From Candidatus Omnitrophota bacterium (lineage in GTDB: Bacteria > Omnitrophota > Gorgyraeia > Gygaellales > Profunditerraquicolaceae), in NCBI GenBank assembly GCA_043812955.1, contig JBDRLN010000064.1, forward strand, positions 326 through 64,325: a stretch of 64,000 nt of DNA, in the 5' to 3' direction. A program made the position numbers and the translations under genes. The notes under the pieces are model-generated. The model saw only the letters and a program-made list of their open reading frames with translations. It did not search any database and was not told where the DNA came from. Shown in pieces: positions 45,757 to 54,214 of the stretch; the first letter of the stretch is position 1, and each line of letters opens with the position of its first letter.

Positions 45757-47960
45757 GCTTTAGATTAATTAATTATATTATTTCTTATGCTCTAGTGGGC
45801 ACGGTATTAACCTACCTGGCTTGCTTTATTTATTTCAGAGACAGAAAAAACTGGTTATTCAAAATTTTCGCTCTTTACAATTTATCTATCGCCTGGTGGT
45901 GCATTTTCTCAATACCTGCAATAATAGCCCCTAATAACGAGACCGGCGTATTGTGGTGCAGAATATTTATCAGCGGCGTTATTTTTATGCCCACCCTGGT
46001 TCTGCATTGCGCTTATTTACTATTAGGATATTCAGATAATAATAAATGTAAACTTATATTAAAAATATCCTACCTGTTATCTTTTATATTTTTACTTTTA
46101 AACTTTACGCCTTTTTTAATTCCAGCGGCTGAAAAAAAGTCGACTTTACTTTCTTATACGGTACCGGGACCGTTTTTTCATCTTCATGTTTTACACTTCT
46201 TTTTTATTATGCTCTACGCAGAAACCCTTTATTTAACCCATTATTTAAAAATCAGGGTTAAGGAAAAAATAGAAAGCAGGAAATACCTGTATTATTTTCT
46301 TTCATCTGTCATAGCTACTTTAGGCGGTGGCGCCAATTATCTTCCTGTTTATAGGTTTGAAATTCCATTCCTGAATCCTTACGGGACATATACAATTCTT
46401 TTATACGCCTCAGTTGTTACTTATACAATTATCCGCTACCGCTTTCTAAATACGTCTGTTATTATTACTCGCGCGGGTATATTTTTAGGTGTTTACGCTA
46501 TTGTCCTGGGATGCCCGTTTATCCTCGCAACCTCAGGGAAAAGCCCTCTTGTCAATCTATTCGGCCCGCTTTGGTGGGCCGGGCCGTTGGTTTTAATGGC
46601 TTCTTTGGGGACCTTGGGACCGTTTGTTTATATCTCCCTGCGCAAAAAAGCCGATGCCATACTCTTAAGAGAACAGCTGCGCTATCAGGATATCTTAAAA
46701 CTGGCGGCAGTAGATATGACCCGGATCCGCAACCTGCAAAAATTACTGGATTTTATTGCCCAAATCATCACTGAATCTGTGCGCATTTCCCATTCAGTAA
46801 TATATTATTTTAATCCGGAGAGTAAGCGTTTTGAATTGAAAGCCGGGATCAACTTAAATAAAAACCAGCCAACTGTAATCGATAATAAAAATAAGTTAGC
46901 CGCTTGGCTCGAGAAAAACAAACTGCCTCTGGTTTATGAAGAGATTAGAGATAGATCTAAAAATCATCCTGAATTTGTGGAATTAGAAAAACAGATGCGT
47001 TTGTTAAATGCTGATGTGGCTTTACCCTGTATCCTGGAGAATAAATTACTGGATATTATTATATTGGGGAAGAAGCTTTCAGGAAATATCTATACCTCTG
47101 ACGATCTGGATAACTTCCTTACTTTAGCAAAAGAAACCGCCTTGGCTACGGAAAATGCCCAACTATATGGGAAAATAGAGGAAGATGTGAAGCAAAGGAC
47201 CAAAGACCTGGTGGAGCTTCAAAAACAACTTATCCAGGCAGAAAAATTAGCCACCGTAGGTACGCTTGCTGGCGGCGTAGCCCATGAAATAAATAATCCC
47301 CTGACTGCGATCTTAACTAATGTCCAGATGCTCTTAAGATCGGATGAGTTAGATAAAGAGTCGCTAGAGATGATCGAAGAAGCGACTAAACGCTGCAAGA
47401 CTATTGTTCAGAAATTAATGGTTTACGCCAAAAAACCGCATCAGGAAACAATCGCTCCTTCTAAGATAAATTTAAAGGATACTCTTAATAGCGCTATCGC
47501 CTTCCTGAAATATCAATTTGAGCAGGATAATATAAAAATCAATATCGATGCCCTCAGGGATACTTATTTAGTTGAAGGCAACCAGAATGAGCTAGAGCAG
47601 GTAATAACCAACATAATACTCAATGCCAAAGATGCCATTAAACAAATTAAAAAAAGTGGTATAATAGAGTTGTCTCTAACGCAAACTGAAAGTTCGGTTA
47701 AAGTTGAAATCAAGGATGATGGAGTAGGAATTTCTAAAGATATAATCAACCGGATATTTGACCCTTTTTTTACCACTAAAGACGTGGGTAAAGGCTTAGG
47801 CCTGGGACTTTCGATCTGCCAATCTATCCTGGAAAAACATAAAGGAAAAATCACGGTCCGCTCTGAAATTAATAAAGGAGCGGTGTTTACTATTATATTA
47901 CCCGGCTTAAAAGATATCGACAGAGCAAATAGCTTAAAAGATGGAGGCCGCAATGGCTAA
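45753..47960 (+). CDS. sensor histidine kinase: multi-TM (7TM-type) N-terminal domain + GAF + HisKA + HATPase
   Basis: 7-8 TM helices; H-box AHEINNPLTAI; G-boxes DDGVGI and GKGLGLGLSI. Confidence 0.85.
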   Translation: MSFRLINYIISYALVGTVLTYLACFIYFRDRKNWLFKIFALYNLSIAWWCIFSIPAIIAPNNETGVLWCRIFISGVIFMPTLVLHCAYLLLGYSDNNKCKLILKISYLLSFIFLLLNFTPFLIPAAEKKSTLLSYTVPGPFFHLHVLHFFFIMLYAETLYLTHYLKIRVKEKIESRKYLYYFLSSVIATLGGGANYLPVYRFEIPFLNPYGTYTILLYASVVTYTIIRYRFLNTSVIITRAGIFLGVYAIVLGCPFILATSGKSPLVNLFGPLWWAGPLVLMASLGTLGPFVYISLRKKADAILLREQLRYQDILKLAAVDMTRIRNLQKLLDFIAQIITESVRISHSVIYYFNPESKRFELKAGINLNKNQPTVIDNKNKLAAWLEKNKLPLVYEEIRDRSKNHPEFVELEKQMRLLNADVALPCILENKLLDIIILGKKLSGNIYTSDDLDNFLTLAKETALATENAQLYGKIEEDVKQRTKDLVELQKQLIQAEKLATVGTLAGGVAHEINNPLTAILTNVQMLLRSDELDKESLEMIEEATKRCKTIVQKLMVYAKKPHQETIAPSKINLKDTLNSAIAFLKYQFEQDNIKINIDALRDTYLVEGNQNELEQVITNIILNAKDAIKQIKKSGIIELSLTQTESSVKVEIKDDGVGISKDIINRIFDPFFTTKDVGKGLGLGLSICQSILEKHKGKITVRSEINKGAVFTIILPGLKDIDRANSLKDGGRNG

Positions 47961-48336
47961 AAGGATCCTGATAGTTGATGATGAAGCAATGATAACCAAG
48001 AGCCTGAAAAAACTACTCACTAAAGAAGGTTTTGAGCCAGTCATTGTCTCAGGAGGCAACGAGGCATTGGGCCAGGTAAAAACTAATGACTTTGATTTGT
48101 TGATTATAGACATACGTATGCCCCAGATGGATGGGATTGAAACGATCCGGGCGATCAGAGAGTATATGGCGGTAGAAGGCAAAGATCCTATACCGGAAAT
48201 TGTTATCACCGGCTATGCTGATGAAAATAAATATAAATGCGCGGTTGACTTAAAAGTAAACGCCTATATCTATAAACCATTTGATACCAGCGAGTTCCTT
48301 GGCACAATAAGAGAAGTTCTAGAGAAAAACCCTTAG
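47941..48336 (+). CDS. stand-alone response-regulator receiver (CheY-like) protein
   Basis: ILIVDDE ... LLIIDIRMPQMDG receiver motifs; no output domain. Confidence 0.85.
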   Translation: MEAAMAKRILIVDDEAMITKSLKKLLTKEGFEPVIVSGGNEALGQVKTNDFDLLIIDIRMPQMDGIETIRAIREYMAVEGKDPIPEIVITGYADENKYKCAVDLKVNAYIYKPFDTSEFLGTIREVLEKNP

Positions 48337-48339
48337 GAT

Positions 48340-49566
48340 ATGAACAAAGCAGTCATTACAGGAGTCGGGGTAATTGCTCCAAACGGGATCGGTAAAGAGG
48401 AATACTGGAAAGCCTTGAAAAGCGGTACATCCGGGATAAGGCCGATCAGTGTTTTTGATTCCAGCTTATTTAAGGCCCACTTAGCCGCGGAAGTAATTAA
48501 TTTTGATCCGGTAACCTATTTGGGAGACAAGGGTTTAAGAAATCTGGACCGGGGAACTAAATTCCTTTGTTCCGCGGCCAAATTAGCCATAGACGACGCC
48601 AAGCTAGAGATTAACGATGATAATTCTAATGACATCGGAGTTGTTACAGCTACAACCTTGTCCGTTATCTGGAATATCTCCACATTCAGTAAAGAAGCCG
48701 AAGACGAAGGCCCTCAATTCGTAAACCCGGCCATGTTTCCCGGAACAACCATTAATGCCCCTTCAAGCCAGGTATCCATAAGATTCAATATAAAAGGCTT
48801 TAATACTACTATCTCCACAGGCTTTACCGCAGGTTTAGACAGCCTTAGGTACGCTATTGATTTTATTAAACTTGGCCGGGCAAAAGCGATTTTAGTCGCT
48901 GGAGTAGAATCTCTTTTTTTTCAGACCTTTGTTGGTTTCCATAAACTGGAATTCCTGGCCGGTATTAAAGGAGAAGAGGTATGCGCTCCTTTTGACCTGC
49001 GTAGAAACGGTATCATAATTGGAGAGGGGAGCGCCGTACTGATCCTGGAAAACGAAAAAGACGCTTTAAAAAGAAAAGCTAAAATATATGCTGAAGTTTC
49101 CGCGGTCGAGAATTTCTTCGACCCTTTTCGCAGCGGCAGATATAATCCCAAGGCCGAAGGATTAAAACGCTCAATTACCCATTCTTTAAAAAAAGCAAAA
49201 ATAAAAAACAGCGAAATAAATTATATCTCATCTTCTGCTAACTCAGTTCCGGCGCAGGATATGTTAGAAACTAAAGCGATTAAAGATGTTTTTGAAAACC
49301 AAGCAAGGAACATTCCGATTAGCTCTATTAAATCTATGATTGGAGAAGCGGTAAGCGCGTCAGGGATATTGCAGGTTGCTGCGTGTTTAGGGGCTATGGA
49401 GAATAATTTCATACCTCCGACCATAAATTACCAAGCACCTGACCCGGCTTGCGATTTAGATTATGTCCCCAATAAATCCCGGGATAAAAGGGTAGAAAAA
49501 GCCTTAATAACTAATTTTGGTCCGGGCGGAAACAATGCCGCAGCCATCATTGTGAAATATGAATAA
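48340..49566 (+). CDS. beta-ketoacyl synthase homolog lacking the catalytic Cys-His-His triad (KSbeta/chain-length-factor-like)
   Basis: Thiolase/KS fold, but the active-site position reads TGFTAGL (no Cys) and His positions read SSSANS / GEAVSASG. Confidence 0.75.
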   Translation: MNKAVITGVGVIAPNGIGKEEYWKALKSGTSGIRPISVFDSSLFKAHLAAEVINFDPVTYLGDKGLRNLDRGTKFLCSAAKLAIDDAKLEINDDNSNDIGVVTATTLSVIWNISTFSKEAEDEGPQFVNPAMFPGTTINAPSSQVSIRFNIKGFNTTISTGFTAGLDSLRYAIDFIKLGRAKAILVAGVESLFFQTFVGFHKLEFLAGIKGEEVCAPFDLRRNGIIIGEGSAVLILENEKDALKRKAKIYAEVSAVENFFDPFRSGRYNPKAEGLKRSITHSLKKAKIKNSEINYISSSANSVPAQDMLETKAIKDVFENQARNIPISSIKSMIGEAVSASGILQVAACLGAMENNFIPPTINYQAPDPACDLDYVPNKSRDKRVEKALITNFGPGGNNAAAIIVKYE

Positions 49567-50776
49567 GAATACCAGAATAGTAGTTACCGGCTTAGGAGTG
49601 ATCTCTGCTATCGGGATCGGAAAAAAGCAATTTTGGGATGCCGCACTTGCCGGGACATCCGGGATCAGCGATATCGTTTCTGTAGACACTACTGGTTTTA
49701 AATGCCATCGTGGCGGAGAAGTCAAAGATTTCCATCCTGAAGATTTTATTCCTAAAAGAAAGGTTAAATATCTTGGCCGGGCTTCACAACTGGCTATTGC
49801 CGCTGCTAAATTAGCCATTGAAGATAGCGGAATTGTATTTAAAGAAATACCTAAAACAAAACTAGGTGTCCTCGTGGGCACTACTATGGGCGAAAAACCT
49901 GTGGAAGAATTAATTCAGTCCTGGGTAAAAGGCGGATTAAAAGATTTAGACCGGCGCAGGATCCTTCAGGCCTCAGCCAATAATATATCGGCCAATGTAG
50001 CTTTGTATTTTAAAGCCAAAGCTCAGAATTATCTTTTTCCAACAGCCTGCGCAGCCGGAAACTACGCTATTGGATATGGATTTGATTTGATTAAAAGCGG
50101 CAGCTTGGATTTTGTTTTAGCCGGAGGGGCAGAACCTTTTTCTTATACCGCTTATATGGGTTTTCAACGGCTTTACGCCATGGCAACTGATAAATGCCAA
50201 CCCTTTGATAAAAACCGCAAAGGAATGATGTTAGGCGAAGGTTCAGGAATGCTTCTTTTAGAAAAACTGAAGTCAGCCCTGGAAAGAGGGGCGAATATCT
50301 ACGCCGAGATCTTAGGATACAGCCTATCCTGCGATGCCCATCATCCTACAGCTCCTGAAGTTGGCGGGATTTCTATGGTTATGGAAAAAGCCCTAAAGGA
50401 AACTAATATTTCTTATAAAGACGTTGATTATATCTGTTCTCACGGCACCGGCACACCGATGAATGATAAGGTTGAATCCCAGGCAATTAAGAATGTATTT
50501 AAAGAACGCTATAAAGATATACCGGTAAATTCCCTAAAATCAATGCTCGGACATAGCATGGGCGCTGCCTCAGCGATTGAGGCTTTATCCTGTTGCTTGT
50601 CGGTAAAAGAGGACCTGATCCCGCCGACTATAAATTACGAAACCCCTGACCCGGATTGCGATATAGATTGTGTCCCGAATGTCAAAAGAGAAAAAATTGT
50701 GAATATCGCCTTTAATAACGGTTTTGCTTTTGGCGGGAATAATTCCTGTTTAGTGATTAAAAAATTCATTAAATAA
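49559..50776 (+). CDS. beta-ketoacyl-ACP synthase (KAS II/FabF-like, KSalpha partner) with intact Cys-His-His
   Basis: PTACAAGNYAIG (Cys), CSHGTGTPMND (His), GHSMGAAS (His); overlaps the upstream KS by 8 nt. Confidence 0.85.
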   Translation: MNKNTRIVVTGLGVISAIGIGKKQFWDAALAGTSGISDIVSVDTTGFKCHRGGEVKDFHPEDFIPKRKVKYLGRASQLAIAAAKLAIEDSGIVFKEIPKTKLGVLVGTTMGEKPVEELIQSWVKGGLKDLDRRRILQASANNISANVALYFKAKAQNYLFPTACAAGNYAIGYGFDLIKSGSLDFVLAGGAEPFSYTAYMGFQRLYAMATDKCQPFDKNRKGMMLGEGSGMLLLEKLKSALERGANIYAEILGYSLSCDAHHPTAPEVGGISMVMEKALKETNISYKDVDYICSHGTGTPMNDKVESQAIKNVFKERYKDIPVNSLKSMLGHSMGAASAIEALSCCLSVKEDLIPPTINYETPDPDCDIDCVPNVKREKIVNIAFNNGFAFGGNNSCLVIKKFIK

Positions 50777-50921
50777 GTGAGGGCATAAGTTATGGAGCTG
50801 GACATAATAAACAAGGCGTCCGCCACAAAGTCGCCACAGGAATTGGCGACCCGCCAAGCTATGTGGAGGGATCGGCGGATCCGCCAATATTTATGGCGGA
50901 ACATAACTTATATATCCATAC

Positions 50922-51038
50922 TTATCCCGCCCTTTTGGCGTGATAAAAAACAAATTCTATCAAAAAAGCGGGATTAATTCGCAGACGGCCTTGCGGCCTA
51001 CGAATTGCGTCGTAAGAATCACTCCCTAAGTCGTCTGC
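50922..51038 (+). ncRNA. candidate structured 5'-leader element (copy B) upstream of the ACP gene: TCCCGC...GCGGGATTAATTCGCAGACGG-GGCCTTGCGGCC-...-CGTCTGC
   Basis: Homologous core with 16252-16344; outer helix GCAGACGG (50981-50988) / CGTCTGC (51032-51038) ends 5 nt before the RBS AAAGGAG. Confidence 0.4.
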
Positions 51039-51058
51039 TCATTAAAGGAGAGTATAAA

Positions 51059-51310
51059 ATGGCAAAAGACAACTTTACAGAAATAAAAAAAGATGTCAAA
51101 AATAAGGTTTCGGAGATCATTGAGGTTGGGGAAGAGAAGTTAAAAGATGAAACCAAATTCGTGGAAGACCTGGGAGTTGACAGCATGATGGCGCTGGAGA
51201 TCGTCGCCAGCATAGAGAAAAAATACAAGATCAGCATTCCCGAAGCGGACATACCCAAGATCCGCTGCCTTAATGATATCTACACAGTGCTTGAAAAAAC
51301 ATTGAAATGA
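51059..51310 (+). CDS. acyl carrier protein (discrete, cluster-associated)
   Basis: LGVDSMMALEIV phosphopantetheine-attachment motif (DSM variant); RBS AAAGGAGAG; 83 aa. Confidence 0.8.
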   Translation: MAKDNFTEIKKDVKNKVSEIIEVGEEKLKDETKFVEDLGVDSMMALEIVASIEKKYKISIPEADIPKIRCLNDIYTVLEKTLK

Positions 51311-51344
51311 AAATAATCGCTTTTCCCAATTATGAGGTGATAAA

Positions 51345-51791
51345 GTGAGTAACATATGGGATATAAATAAAATCCAGGAGATCCTGCCCCAAAGATATCC
51401 TTTTTTATTCATTGATAGCGTAGTAGAGATAAATGAAGAGGAAGGAAAGGTATCCTGCCTGAAAAACGTAAGTATTAATGATTACTTCTTTAGGGGGCAT
51501 TTTCCCGGAAACCCGGTTATGCCGGGAGTTATCATTATTGAGGCAATGGCCCAAGCCAGCATTATTCTTTACGCGGCTTTAAAACCGGAAATCGCCGTCA
51601 AACACCCGGTTTATTACCTGGGTAACGTGGATATCAAATTCCTCAAACCCGTATTGCCCGGCAACCAGCTTATCCTGCAAATTTCCAAAGAAAAAATAAT
51701 GGATAAGGCAGGCATTGTCAGCGCTGAGGCAAAAGTAAATAATGCAGTTGTAGCCAAAGGCAGGATTACCTTCGGGGTTCAGCCTAAATAA
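51345..51791 (+). CDS. 3-hydroxyacyl-ACP dehydratase (FabZ/FabA hotdog family)
   Basis: YPFLFIDSV ... FFRGHFPGNPVMPGVIIIEAMAQ. Confidence 0.85.
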   Translation: MSNIWDINKIQEILPQRYPFLFIDSVVEINEEEGKVSCLKNVSINDYFFRGHFPGNPVMPGVIIIEAMAQASIILYAALKPEIAVKHPVYYLGNVDIKFLKPVLPGNQLILQISKEKIMDKAGIVSAEAKVNNAVVAKGRITFGVQPK

Positions 51792-51869
51792 AATTATTGA
51801 CAAACGCGTAAATCCCATTTATAATCGTTCTTAGAAAGTATACATTAATGTTAACTAACAAGGAACGAT

Positions 51870-52550
51870 ATGGAAAAAGAATATGCCCTCAATCTATCCT
51901 CCCAAATCGGAATTGACGTACAGCAGGTGGTCAGAGAAGAGATCGAGCTTATTTTCCTTAAGGCCCTTTTTGAATCAAAAATTTCAGATTCATTAGTTTT
52001 TAAGGGCGGCACAGCCCTGCGGCTTATATATAATTCGCCGCGTTTCTCAGAGGACCTCGATTTTTCCCTGACTGCCGCGATAACCTACCGTGATTTTAAA
52101 ACAATAATTTCCAGGATAATCAAATCGGATGATCGTTTTTCCATAAACGACCTGGCTGAAAAATTTTACACCTGCCTGGCTGAAATCCGGGTAAAAGAAG
52201 CCTGGATGGACCAGGCATTCTCGCTTAAAATCGAAGTATCTAAACGCCCGGAAAAAATAAAATCAGCGAATCTCGCAAATATGCTGGCAAAATCTCCCGC
52301 TACCAACTTAATGGTCATGACTAAGGTATATACGCTTAAAAAGATACTTGAAGATAAACAGCGTTTGCTTTCCGAACGAAAAATGCCCCGGGACATCTTT
52401 GATACCTGGTATATCTGCCAAAAAACCGGGGAACCATTTACTTTTAAACAATTCGGTTATCCCAAAGGAAAAATCCGCCAGGAATTAAGAAAATTTCTTC
52501 CCCGCGGTTTTTACTCGGTTATTGATGAACTGGAGAAATTAAATGCTTAA
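51870..52550 (+). CDS. AbiEii/AbiGii-family nucleotidyltransferase (type IV TA toxin-like)
   Basis: FKGGTALRLIYNSPRFSEDLDFS nucleotidyltransferase motif. Confidence 0.6.
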   Translation: MEKEYALNLSSQIGIDVQQVVREEIELIFLKALFESKISDSLVFKGGTALRLIYNSPRFSEDLDFSLTAAITYRDFKTIISRIIKSDDRFSINDLAEKFYTCLAEIRVKEAWMDQAFSLKIEVSKRPEKIKSANLANMLAKSPATNLMVMTKVYTLKKILEDKQRLLSERKMPRDIFDTWYICQKTGEPFTFKQFGYPKGKIRQELRKFLPRGFYSVIDELEKLNA

Positions 52551-53124
52551 GGTATATGAAGCCCTGCTTAATTTAGATAAACGCTACCTTAGCGCCAGGG
52601 AAATAGCGCGCATACTCAATATCAGCTCCGGAAATAGAAAAGTATCGATAAGCAGGCTTACAAAGAGGAAGATACTGCGTAGGCTCAGGCGCAATCTTTA
52701 CGAAGTATCGCTAAAACCAACGGATATCCTTGAAGCCGCTAACAGCGTTTACCAACCGAGTTATCTTTCATTTACCTATTGCCTGGGCAAACTCGGGTTA
52801 TTGAACCAGATCGCTTATGAAATAGAATTTGCCACCCCAAAGAAAACAAAGAGGATTGAAATCCGCGGCCGCGGCGTGATCTTCCGCAAAATTAAAAAAG
52901 AATTATTTTTTGGTTACGAGCTTAACGACAATATTTTTACAGCGAAGCCTGAGAAGGCGCTTTTGGATACATTATATTTAAAAACAAAAGGCCTGGCGGT
53001 TATCAATGAGAAAGAACTTAATCTTAAAGATATTAATAAACAGAAAATAATCACGATGAGCAGGAAATTTCCGCTCAAAGTCCAGCAAGAAACAAAAAAA
53101 CTTATTTCAAAATATGTCAAATAA
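52543..53124 (+). CDS. AbiEi-like antitoxin/transcriptional regulator (winged-helix N-domain)
   Basis: N-domain LSAREIARILNIS...RLTKRKILRRLRRNLYEV resembles the AbiEi antitoxin domain; 8-nt overlap with the upstream NTase gene. Confidence 0.5.
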   Translation: MLKVYEALLNLDKRYLSAREIARILNISSGNRKVSISRLTKRKILRRLRRNLYEVSLKPTDILEAANSVYQPSYLSFTYCLGKLGLLNQIAYEIEFATPKKTKRIEIRGRGVIFRKIKKELFFGYELNDNIFTAKPEKALLDTLYLKTKGLAVINEKELNLKDINKQKIITMSRKFPLKVQQETKKLISKYVK

Positions 53125-54214
53125 ACCCGCGATATTCCTGACCGGAGCTACGGGATTAGTCGGATCATACCTATTAAAACTATTCCTGGAAAAAAACCAT
53201 AAAGTTTTTGCCTTAGGCAGGGGTAAAAACGAGAAAACTACCATAGAAAGGGTAATGGAGGTTTTGAGATTCTGGGATAAAAATATACCAAACAGCAAAA
53301 TTAATAATCTCCAGATTATAGAAGGCGACGTAGCTGAAAATAATCTAGGGCTGGATAAAAACAGCAGAAAAATGCTGGCTCTGGAGACAGAAGAAATCTT
53401 CCATTCCGCAGCTATCACTGATCTGCACCGGCCGATAAAAGAAATCAACAAGGTCAACGTAGGTGGCACCAGAAACATCATGATTTTCGCTGAAAAACTG
53501 AATAAAGAACGCCTGGTAAAAGTAAATCACATCAGCACCGCTTATATTTACGGCAATTATAGGGGCGTATTCAAGGAAGATTCCCTAGACGTCAAACAGA
53601 AATTTAATACCAATTATGAAAGTTCCAAGTTCGAAGCCGAAAAACTGATCAGTGAATTCCGCAAGAAAGGACTTTGGATAGATATTTTTCGGCCGTCAAT
53701 GGTTACCGGAGACACCAAAACCGGAAAGACCTTCCAATTCCGCCATATCTACCAATTCATTAACCTCTGCTGCTTAGAAATATTTGACACCCTGCCGCTG
53801 AAAAACGGTAGGGTAAGCTTGGTTCCTATAGATGTTTTCTCCGAAGCCGCGTATGTTATAACCAGGAAGAACCGGGCCAAATGCGCGAATTATCATCCTT
53901 TTCCGGCTAAACTGGTCAGCGTGGAGAAAATCGTTGATTTAGGCCATCAGATCATTGGCTTTAAGAAGCCAAAATTGGTCCTGCCCGAAGAATTCCGGAT
54001 GGATACCCTGACTCCTTCCCAGAGATTAATTCTACGGGGAACTATTCTGGCAATAAACTTCCAGACTAAGCTTAATTCTAACTATACTAAGCAAATCTTA
54101 AAAAAATATCATTTTAATATGCCTGAAATCACCAATAAATTGCTGGCTAAGAATATTGAATATTTCAAGGATAATATCCGAATCGGAGGCGTCTACCATG
54201 ACCGGAAGATTTGA
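53114..54214 (+). CDS. thioester-reductase (TR) domain protein / fatty acyl reductase (NAD_binding_4, SDR-type)
   Basis: IFLTGATGLVGSYLL Rossmann motif; FHSAAITD...NVGGTRNIM...VNHISTAYIYG matches TR-domain blocks. Confidence 0.7.
   Translation: MSNKPAIFLTGATGLVGSYLLKLFLEKNHKVFALGRGKNEKTTIERVMEVLRFWDKNIPNSKINNLQIIEGDVAENNLGLDKNSRKMLALETEEIFHSAAITDLHRPIKEINKVNVGGTRNIMIFAEKLNKERLVKVNHISTAYIYGNYRGVFKEDSLDVKQKFNTNYESSKFEAEKLISEFRKKGLWIDIFRPSMVTGDTKTGKTFQFRHIYQFINLCCLEIFDTLPLKNGRVSLVPIDVFSEAAYVITRKNRAKCANYHPFPAKLVSVEKIVDLGHQIIGFKKPKLVLPEEFRMDTLTPSQRLILRGTILAINFQTKLNSNYTKQILKKYHFNMPEITNKLLAKNIEYFKDNIRIGGVYHDRKI

Noticed and set aside
46511-46774. 87-aa + strand ORF inside the histidine kinase gene in another frame
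   Set aside because: An out-of-frame overlap within a continuous, motif-supported 735-aa kinase ORF; spurious.
50792-50977. 61-aa ORF between the KS gene and the ACP gene
   Set aside because: It lies over the GC-rich palindromic/leader region; the peptide is Arg-rich from the CCGCCA repeats; more parsimonious as structured non-coding RNA.
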